Assembly (NCBI GenBank): GCA_002269645.1
Contig: NIVC01000486.1
Coordinates: 310,001-374,000, forward strand
DNA: 64,000 nt
Source of the DNA: Macrostomum lignano
Taxonomy: Eukaryota
Reading direction: 5' to 3'
How positions within the stretch are numbered: position 1 is the first letter of the stretch; every line of letters begins with the position of its first letter. Below the pieces are notes generated by a model, which was given only the letters and a program-made list of their open reading frames with translations, searched no databases and was not told where the DNA came from. This document shows positions 29,775-64,000 of the stretch, piece by piece. A program made the position numbers and the translations under genes.

Positions 29775-32700
29775 GCTTGTGTGCGGTTTATCCAGTGCGG
29801 CTCGAGTAGTCAGCATTCCCTGCTTACTGCACCGAAGAAACGAAACGTCTCCTCTTTATCAATTTTCCTTTCTCAACTGAGCTGTTGCTAAGATCACGTC
29901 AACCAATCAGGTTGTCTTGTATAGGAATATACCTCTTTTTCGTCTAATACAGTCGAAAGATGGCTTCGGATACAAAATCAACTCCTTGCGCGTTAATTAA
30001 AAACGTAGAAGGTATATTTCTGCTTTTAGCGATATCAATCGTTGAGATATTCTTCTCTAAGTTTCTCGTTTTATCTCATTTTGACAGCAATCTTGTCAGG
30101 ACTACAAAATTAAATTTAAAAGACGCTTTTTCTGCTTAGCTTAGCTACGAATCCAGAATGAACAAATTGTGAAAGAAGCGTTTTCTATAGACAGCTGCGT
30201 TTCTTTTTCGGAAGTGAAAAAATATCCTGTGCCTGCTAAGTGAATCTTTCCAAGCAGCCGAAGAATTTTGTCGGGTCTGCTTTAGTTTCTATGGCGCGTG
30301 CATGTATATGCACATACTTTTTGTCTATTCCATTCGCCTAAATTTGCTCTGGAACTGTCCGTAAGTTATAGTTTTTTGCTTGGCCTTGGCCCTTCGTTTC
30401 ATCTGTTTGAGTGCAGCGTTTTTTGGCAGTTGGGCAGTCAAATTGCAGGGTCTGCTCCCGAGGGGTCTCTTAGAATTAAAGTGACATGTTCAGACATAGA
30501 AACAGGGGTGTATGTATCGAGATAGAATTTCTGCAAGAGACTGAATAAGAAAGACGGGCGGATGATAAGATGAAGCTGAGGCAGCGAAGAAATTCACCCA
30601 GAAGAACTCCCTCGGAGCATTAATATGCCGTTGACAGTCAAATAGCTCAAGGGCAAAGAACTGCTCTGGCCAAGAGAAAACAGATTCTTCTTGTCCAGTT
30701 CGTCTCGACTTGCCAAATTAGTTTTGTTTTACAACTCTGTAAGCACCATCAGCACACAGTGGGTTGTCTTTGTATTTGCTTGTTCTTTCCGTCTTCCGCG
30801 ACTTTTTTTCTGATCCTCCGTGTTGTCCTAAGCACTGTTGGTTATGAAAACGAGTGGCTGACATTTTGCCTGTGCAACTCCCACAAATGAATCTGAAATG
30901 ACGTGCTGAGGCTCCGCCTTTAGCTTTCTCCCTCCATCCCTCCTTCCTTACCTTCTTGCCTACTTACTTATTTACTTGAGTTACTTATGTACTCTTACTT
31001 ACTTTATTTTCAGCTTTCGAATTAACAAAATAGCCAAAGACAGCCTTTTTTGTCTAAAATTCATGTGGATAGAGTTCTATGATACACTTTTCCCTTCTGC
31101 TGCCTCTCTTCTGTTTTCTTGTTCCTTTTGATCTTTGCTGCTCATGGCCCAGTGGAGATCCAACTTACGGCTTAGTAGCACCGCAGCTGCCGAGCATATC
31201 CTGCAGCAAAACATATTTTAAAGCTACTAAACATTTTCCTGAGCGATCGAGCGTGTTAACACTTTGTTTTTTATAGACAGCTGTTAATGCAGATGACCCT
31301 GTGTTCATAGGCTTGCTCCCAGGGGGGGTCAAACCCACCGATACTAAAATATCTAGAGATGGGCCACTCAGGCATATATACTTAGTAAAACAGCTTTCCA
31401 CTTTCGGTTCAGTAGCAGAGAAGAATACATAAGCTATTTTATATAAAAGGCAGTTGAAATGACTTTGATCAGTTTAGAAGCCTACAAGCTTGCATGCGTA
31501 AACAGCTTGCTAATTGGTTCAGCCATAATGTACATTGGCCAGTCCACTGAAATGTACATAGCTCGCATACATAGCTGTACATAGGGCTGGAATTCCAAAG
31601 AAAGGCAATCAAAATGGGAGCAGGGCGGGCTGGGGGTTCTGTGAAAAGGCGGTTGGAGGGTTTATGCGGGGGGTAAGAGCCAGTAAATAAGCATTGGCTT
31701 TAAAAATACGTTAAAATGCTTCTGTTTAACTTACTACTGAACTGAAAGTAGCTTGCACGCAAATGTGCTGTGTAGCCCATCTAGTTATTCTAGTATCTGT
31801 GGTCAAACCCTGGCTTTGTCATTGCCAAGCAGTGTGGCGGCTAACGGAGTCGAACCAAAGTCGAAAGCCTATTTCATAGCTTAAGTAAAAAAATGAAAAT
31901 TGGATTCTCGTAAATTCTGCTCGACCTATCCGCCCAAATTAGGGAAAGTTATCAATGAATCGACATTTCTTTAGAAGTAAATCGTACTCGTAATAGCTAC
32001 GGCATGACACCCCGAATTGCTTGTTAAAATGTATTCAGAGCACGTACTGCTATAAAAATATATTCCGACTTCTTGGAGGCCAGAGTATAATAGAAGTACA
32101 TTGTCAGCACTGCAATTCTAGCGTCCAGCAGCTTGAGTAGACAATGAGCTACGTGATTAAAACAATGGCAGATTAGTGTGTAGCTGAGTTAAGTAATGGC
32201 CGAAATACGATCGCGCGTTTCCTGCCTATTGTTTAACAAAGCTGCGCTGTACATTTGCTCGTTTTCGCTCAGCAAAGTCATTATTCCACGCTCATTTCAC
32301 GCTGATGCATAGTTAAGGAGGGGAAGTTAGTTACTACAGGTGTGAAAGCAGTCGCGTGAGGAACTGCGTACATGGGCAGCAACTGCAAAATAATGGGAGG
32401 GGCAAAACTAATTGCTCTTGTGTCCAGGTGACAAGCATTTCAAAGATGACAAAGAATAAGCGTGTGAAGTTTTGTGTCTTTGCTTTTAAACTGTTTATCG
32501 TTTTAAATTTGTTTTTAGTACACAGAACTTTTGTACAACCCTCGTCACCCTAGTTGCCTGTAAAAAAACTATGCCTCGGCACCATTGCCATATGTCCCTG
32601 ATCCAAAGTCTGTCTTACAGTCTGCCTAACTACAGTTGCTTCTAGCATGAGCTTGTCTAGAGCAGAGTAAATAATCTGCCTTCATATCATATGACATTAA

Positions 32701-32882
32701 ATAGCCAGGCTTGACAAAATTAGTAAGCAACCTCCTTATATGCCTCCTTCTTTGCGCCTAAGAATAACTTTCTGCTGCTCTGATAGTCATTAAAATAATT
32801 CGATTTCTGCTTATGCAGCATCAGTTTTCTGCCTTTAATTTTCCTATTCTGATCCAGCAAGCAAGGACTAATAATAATATAG

Positions 32883-34531
32883 TCCTGCATCCTTGTGGGC
32901 TAGATTAGCAATCCATTCTATTCCTGCATCCTTGTGGGCTAGATTAGCAATCCATTCTGTTCCTGCATCCTTGTGGGCTAGATTAGCAATCCATTCTATT
33001 CCTGCATCCTTGTGGGCTAGATTAGCAATCCATTCTATTCCTGCATCCTTGTGGGCTAGATTAGCAATCCATTCTATTCCTGCATCCTTGTGGGCTAGAT
33101 TAGCAATCCATTCTATTCCTGCATCCTTGTGGGCTAGATTAGCAATCCATTCTATTCCTGCATCCTTGTGGGCTAGATTAGCAATCCATTCTATTCCTGC
33201 ATCCTTGTGGGCTAGATTAGCAATCCATTGTATTCCTGCATCCTTGTGGGCTAGATTAGCAATCCATTCTATTCCTGCATCCGTGTGGGCTAGATTAGCA
33301 ATCCATTCTATTCCTGCATCCTTGTGGGCTAGATTAGCAATCCATTCTATTCCTGCATCCTTGTGGGCTAGATTAGCAATCCATTCTATTCCTGCATCCT
33401 TGTGGGCTAGATTAGCAATCCATTCTATTCCTGCATCCTTGTGGGCTAGATTAGCAATCCATTGTATTCCTGCATCCTTGTGGGCTAGATTAGCAATCCA
33501 TTCTATTCCTGCATCCGTGTGGGCTAGATTAGCAATCCACTCTATTCCTGCATCCTTGTGGGCTAGATTAGCAATCCATTCTATTCCTGCATCCTTGTGG
33601 GCTAGATTAGCAATCCATTCTATTCCTGCATCCTTGTGGGCTAGATTAGCAATCCATTCTATTCCTGCATCCGTGTGGGCTAGATTAGCAATCCACTCTA
33701 TTCCTGCATCATTGTGGGCTAGATTAGCAATCCATTCTATTCCTGCATCATTGTGGGCTAGATTAGCAATCCATTCTATTCCTGCATCATTGTGGGCTAG
33801 ATTAGCAATCCATTCTATTCCTGCATCCGTGTGGGCTAGATTAGCAATCCACTCTATTCCTGCATCATTGTGGGCTAGATTAGCAATCCATTCTATTCCT
33901 GCATCATTGTGGGCTAGATTAGCAATCCATTCTATTCCTGCATCATTGTGGGCTAGATTAGCAATCCATTCTATTCCTGCATCCTTGTGGGTTAGATTAG
34001 CAATCCATTCTATTCCTGCATCATTGTGGGCTAGATTAGCAATCCATTCTATTCCTGCATCATTGTGGGCTAGATTAGCAATCCATTCTATTCCTGCATC
34101 CGTGTGGGCTAGATTAGCAATCCACTCTATTCCTGCATCATTGTGGGCTAGATTAGCAATCCATTCTATTCCTGCATCATTGTGGGCTAGATTAGCAATC
34201 CATTCTATTCCTGCATCATTGTGGGCTAGATTAGCAATCCATTCTATTCCTGCATCCTTGTGGGCTAGATTAGCAATCCATTCTATTCCTGCATCCGTGT
34301 GGGCTAGATTAGCAATCCATCTATTCCTGCATCATTGTGGGCTAGATTAGCAATCCATTCTATTCCTGCATCATTGTGGGCTAGATTAGCAATCCATTCT
34401 ATTCCTGCATCCGTGTGGGCTAGATTAGCAATCCATTCTATTCCTGCATCCTTGTGGGCTAGATTAGCAATCCATTCTATTCCTGCATCCTTGTGGGCTA
34501 GATTAGCAATCCATTCTATTCCTGCATCCTT
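32883..34531 (+). repeat. 39-bp minisatellite array just upstream of XPG
   Basis: Unit GGGCTAGATTAGCAATCCATTCTATTCCTGCATCCTTGT, about 42 copies with patterned variants. It produces the spurious 485-aa WARLAIHSIPASL ORF. Confidence 0.97.
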
Positions 34532-34640
34532 ATTAGTGTAAACAACTGAAGATTGTCAGCTGATATTCTCAAGAGTTTCCGATCGATCACTCTACATCCC
34601 AACATGCGTCACTGTTTACCATTCCAGCTCTCGAGTCCGC

Positions 34641-59436
<24,796 letters not shown>

Positions 59437-59656
59437 CTTGTACTTTTATCCAACCAGCGTGCTTATATTTTCAATGGTTCCGGTACATGCCAAGCTTATG
59501 CGCATTTTTCGTAATACAAAATACAATTCATGATATTTGACCGCTTGAATGCGTGTGATTGAAACTGTTTTATTCCTCCGTCCGTATTTTAGCGGGCGTG
59601 AATTCGGTCAGCCAATTGCTTATGAGACATTTTTTCTGTTGTTTTTTGGGCACATG

Positions 59657-60648
59657 CAGATTAGCAATCCATTCTATTCCTGCATCCTTGTGGGCTAGAT
59701 TAGCAATCCATTCTATTCCTGCATCCTTGTGGGCTAGATTAGCAATCCATTCTATTCCTGCATCCTTGTGGGCTAGATTAGCAATCCATTCTATTCCTGC
59801 ATCCTTGTGGGCTAGATTAGCAATCCATTCTATTCCTGCATCCTTGTGGGCTAGATTAGCAATCCATTCTATTCCTGCATCCTTGTGGGCTAGATTAGCA
59901 ATCCATTCTATTCCTGCATCCTTGTGGGCTAGATTAGCAATCCATTCTATTCCTGCATCCTTGTGGGCTAGATTAGCAATCCATTCTATTCCTGCATCCT
60001 TGTGGGCTAGATTAGCAATCCATTCTATTCCTGCATCCTTGTGGGCTAGATTAGCAATCCATTCTATTCCTGCATCCTTGTGGGCTAGATTAGCAATCCA
60101 TTCTATTCCTGCATCCTTGTGGGCTAGATTAGCAATCCATTCTATTCCTGCATCCTTGTGGGCTAGATTAGCAATCCATTCTATTCCTGCATCCTTGTGG
60201 GCTAGATTAGCAATCCATTCTATTCCTGCATCCTTGTGGGCTAGATTAGCAATCCATTCTATTCCTGCATCCTTGTGGGCTAGATTAGCAATCCATTCTA
60301 TTCCTGCATCCTTGTGGGCTAGATTAGCAATCCATTCTATTCCTGCATCCTTGTGGGCTAGATTAGCAATCCATTCTATTCCTGCATCCTTGTGGGCTAG
60401 ATTAGCAATCCATTCTATTCCTGCATCCTTGTGGGCTAGATTAGCAATCCATTCTATTCCTGCATCCTTGTGGGCTAGATTAGCAATCCATTCTATTCCT
60501 GCATCCTTGTGGGCTAGATTAGCAATCCATTCTATTCCTGCATCCTTGTGGGCTAGATTAGCAATCCATTCTATTCCTGCATCCTTGTGGGCTAGATTAG
60601 CAATCCATTCTATTCCTGCATCCTTGTGGGCTAGATTAGCAATCCATT
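59657..60648 (+). repeat. 39-bp minisatellite array just downstream of XPG
   Basis: Same unit as 32883-34531, about 25 essentially identical copies. Confidence 0.97.
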
Positions 60649-61039
60649 AGCATACCAGATTAGCAAGGAGCAAAAGTGCAACACCGTTGGTGAATTTTTT
60701 TTATCTGAATGTTCAGATGCAACATTAAATTAAATGATTCTGTTTAATTGTCACAACAGAGGTATGAAAAGGAAAAAAATGGAAACGTGTGGATTTGAAT
60801 TAGAAAACAGCGAATTTGTTAATGTTTAGCAGTTAAAGCTTATACGTTTGTAGTTGAATATCGCAGCAAGAAAGCACCGTGAATTGATTACAGAACTGGC
60901 TGCAGTTAAATTAACGAATGTACATTAAGTGAATTGGCTAGATTATTAATATTATACTAGTACATTGTGTGTCTGGGTTGTTGGGCTGACAAGACTGACA
61001 ACCTGAACGCCGCACTCAGCAATACCAGACCATACTCAA

Positions 61040-61425
61040 AGATTTTGGACCCTACTCAGAGTTACTAAAACCTACTCAGAGATACTGGACCCTACTCAGA
61101 GTTACTAAAACCTACTCAGAGAGACCCGAGTCTACTCAAAGATACTAGACCCTAATCAAAGATACTAGACGCTACTCAAATATACTAGACCCTACTCAAA
61201 GATACTAGACGCTACTCAAATATACTAGACCCTACTCAAAGATACTAGACGCTACTCAAAGATACTATAGACGATACTCAGAGATACTAGAACCTACTCA
61301 GAGATACTAGGCCCTACTCAGAGTTACTAAAACCTACTCAGAGATACTCGAACCTACTCAGAGATACTCGACCCTACTCAGAGATACTAGACCCTACTCA
61401 GAGATACTAGACCCTACTCAGAGCT
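61040..61425. repeat. 20-bp minisatellite
   Basis: Unit CCCTACTCAGAGATACTAGA with variants. Confidence 0.9.
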
Positions 61426-61534
61426 AGACCCAGTAGTACCTACTCGCAAGTACTCAAATCCCAAACGAGTTGCATGTAATAGATTAGCAGTCCTTAATTA
61501 CGAGTAAAAGACAATAAATAACTGCGCCAGCCAA

Positions 61535-62705
61535 TCAGGAAGCAGCAGGCTTGGTCTCAGTGAAGCTGGTGTGCCCAGTAGACTTGGCGTGCTGCCTGGC
61601 CTCAGCTTCTCCCCTCAGATAGACGCCGCAGTCGCCGCATCGCAGCTGAAATTTCGACATGTCGGTGAACTGGCCGGCCGACTTGGCCTCCTTGCCGAGC
61701 TCCAGAGCTTTGGCGTCCACCGATTCGTCGCTGATTGGAAATCGAGTTGTCAATCCGCCTGCGCCTTCCAGGGTTTCCATGGCAACAGCGTCGTAGTGAA
61801 TGCCGTCGTAGATAAGGAAGATTTTATGGACGGCATTCTCGGCCGGGTAGGAGTCCATGCGGCCTGTCTGGGTGTCGATAACGTTGATTTGAACGCCCAG
61901 CCGGCGACACAGGATCGACAGCTCAATGGCGCCGCCCCAGCTGTTTGGCGACAGAATCCACTGGCAGTAGGCGGGGTTCTCGCGGTCCAGGAAGGCGGCC
62001 GTGTAGGTGGCCGGGTCAGCTGACACCTGGTGGGATCGTGGGAGGCGTTGCGGCGACTTTTAGTGAGTTGTGTGGATTGTGAAGAATCGGTAACAGCATG
62101 GGAAGAATCTGTGAATCAGGAAGAATCTGTGAATCAGGAAGAACATGTGAATCAGGAAGAATCTGTGAATCAGAAAGAATCTGTGAATCTGAAAAAATAT
62201 GTGAATAAGGAAGAATCTAAATCAGATTTCAGCACAGCAAGGCCAGCCTCACCGCTTGCGCAATGGCCTGTCGCATTGGGGCGGCAGAGTCCAGATCAAC
62301 CGCAGCCCGATTGGACACGCAGAAGTCGATAGCCAGAAACAGGCAAGAGTTATTAGCCGGGATGGTCTGCACGGAGAGAAACCCGGCTCCGGACTCAACT
62401 TGGCTGCTCAGAACCGAGTCCAATTGAGCAGCTTTCTCTTGCTGCCACTGAGTGCTCCGTTTAGCTTCGACAATGAGGGCCTCGCCACTGGTGAGGCCGA
62501 GGCTGGACAGGGTGCTGGCTGGCTGGCTCAGGTCCAGAGGCTTGGGCGGGTAGCCGAACTTCACGTGCAACTCGTGATCGCGGCCGATCTTGGCCGCTGA
62601 GTAGATTGCTTCGGCTAAGTCGCCGGCCGAACTGCCGGACGTCAGGCTGTCCAGCGTCACCTGGCCGCCTGTGCTGATGCGACAACGAAGGCGCAGAGCC
62701 GCCAT
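61535..62705 (-). CDS. YOD1: OTU deubiquitinase YOD1/OTU1 (UBX-like + OTU + C2H2 zinc finger)
   Basis: Exons 62705-62253 and 62026-61535, phase 0 GT-AG. Motifs: GYPPKPL, PANNSCLF (catalytic Cys), WGGAIELSIL, YDGIHYD (catalytic His), GQFTD, and C-x2-C...H-x4-H. Confidence 0.93.
62095..62220. repeat. 18-bp minisatellite in the YOD1 intron
   Basis: Unit GAAGAATCTGTGAATCAG, about 6 copies. Confidence 0.88.
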
Positions 62706-62754
62706 TAAGGTGTGGCTGTCGATTGCTGAAACACGGGTGGAAAAGGTCAAAAGG

Positions 62755-63620
62755 GGCAGGCAGTTCACTGAATGGTCAGATGAGGCTGGCAGTTCACTGA
62801 ATGGTCAGAGGAGGCTGGCAGTTCACTGAATGGTCAGAGACTGGCAGTTCACTGAATGGTCAGATGAGGCTGGCAGTTCACTGAATGGTCAGAGGAGGCT
62901 GGCAGTTCACTGAATGGTCAGGAGACTGGCAGTTCACTGAATGGTCAGAGGAGACTGGCAGTTCACTGAATGGTCAGAGGAGGCTGGCAGTTCACTGAAT
63001 GGTCAGAGGAGGCTGGCAGTTCACTGAATGGTCAGAGGAGGCTGGCAGTTCACTGAATGGTCAGAGGAGACTGGAAGTTCACTGAATGGTCAGAGGAGGC
63101 TGGCAGTTCACTGAATGGTTAGAGGCTGGCAGTTCACTGAATGTTCAGAGGAGACTGAAAGTTCACTGAATGGTCAGAGGAGACTGAAAGTTCACTGAAG
63201 AATCAGAGGAGACTGAAAGTTCACTGAATGTTCAGAGGAGACTGAAAGTTCACTGAATGGTCAGAGGAGACTGAAAGTTCACTGAAGGGTCAGAGGAGAC
63301 TGGAAGTTCATTGAAGGGTCAGAGGAGACTGGAAGTTCACTGAAGGGTCAGAGGAGACTGAAAGTTCACTGAAGGGTCAGAGGAGACTAGAAGTTCACTG
63401 AATGGTCAGAGGAGACTGGAAGTTCACTGAAGGGTCAGAGGAGACTAGAAGTTCACTGAAGGGTCAGAGGAGACTGGAAGTTCACTGAGTGGTCAGAGGA
63501 GACTAGAAGTTCAATGAGTGGTCAGAGGAGACTAGAAGTTCACTGAAGGGTCTGAGGAGACTGGAAGTTCACTGAGTGGTCAGAGGAGACTAGAGGTTCA
63601 CTGAAGGGTCAGAGGAGACT
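62755..63620. repeat. 29-bp minisatellite immediately upstream of YOD1
   Basis: Unit GGCAGTTCACTGAATGGTCAGAGGAGGCT, drifting to GAAAGTTCACTGAAGGGTCAGAGGAGACT. Confidence 0.95.
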
Positions 63621-64000
63621 TGTGGCATAAAAGTGAAAAATTTAGCACTCAATTTAACGTTTGGCTTGTATGGTTGTCAAGGAGGCGAGCTGAGTAATGT
63701 GAATCCCTTAATAAAATATATATTTGAGTTCACTAAGTATCTCATTGATTATAACAAACTCAGGATACGCATTAAGGAGAAACAGGTTCGAATACCTGTT
63801 TATCAGGTATTCGAACCTGTTAGAGACAGGTGTTAGATGTCCGACTTTAGTCACAGGCATCCCAGAGTCCCTATTTAGTGAGACAAGAAGCAACAGGTAA
63901 AAAAGCCCATTTGCTATACTACTACTATAAGTAACTTAAGTAGAAAAGCATAGCAAAGTCACGCAAAGCTAGGTAAGTCTGTCCCATATTTAGCCTTAAA

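Noticed and set aside
32893-34350. 485-aa ORF (and the 363-aa ORF at 59559-60650) of WARLAIHSIPASL repeats
   Set aside because: Stop-free reading of a 39-bp satellite found at three loci, with no unique coding sequence.

Overview
Eukaryotic, intron-rich animal DNA. Exons are GC- and Ala-rich, and nearly every intron holds a different minisatellite or a (GTCT)n tract. This style resembles a free-living flatworm such as Macrostomum, but that is inference. Host genes reconstructed by hand with phase-consistent GT-AG junctions: (1) the 3' part of a bMERB-domain (MICAL/EHBP1-type) gene, 1018-8500 +; (2) an evectin/PLEKHB-like PH-domain gene, 13554-16868 +; (3) a PLEKHM1-like RUN + LIR + Rubicon-homology gene, 20394-25282 +; (4) an intronless class A GPCR, 28557-29774 -; (5) XPG/ERCC5, 34641-59436 +; (6) the OTU deubiquitinase YOD1/OTU1, 61535-62705 -. 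The main result is a 17,045-bp CMC/EnSpm (CACTA-type) DNA transposon at 42130-59174, inside the last XPG intron and 16 nt upstream of the 3' splice site. It has 24-bp TIRs (22/24 identical, CCC...GGG termini), a TTT target duplication and CGACCGT subterminal arrays. It carries three antisense genes: a spliced DDE transposase, a coiled-coil + BEN-domain gene, and an intron-containing F-box/LRR cargo gene. A small non-autonomous element of similar end design lies at 4303-4847. All domain and gene assignments come from motif recognition; no database search was run.
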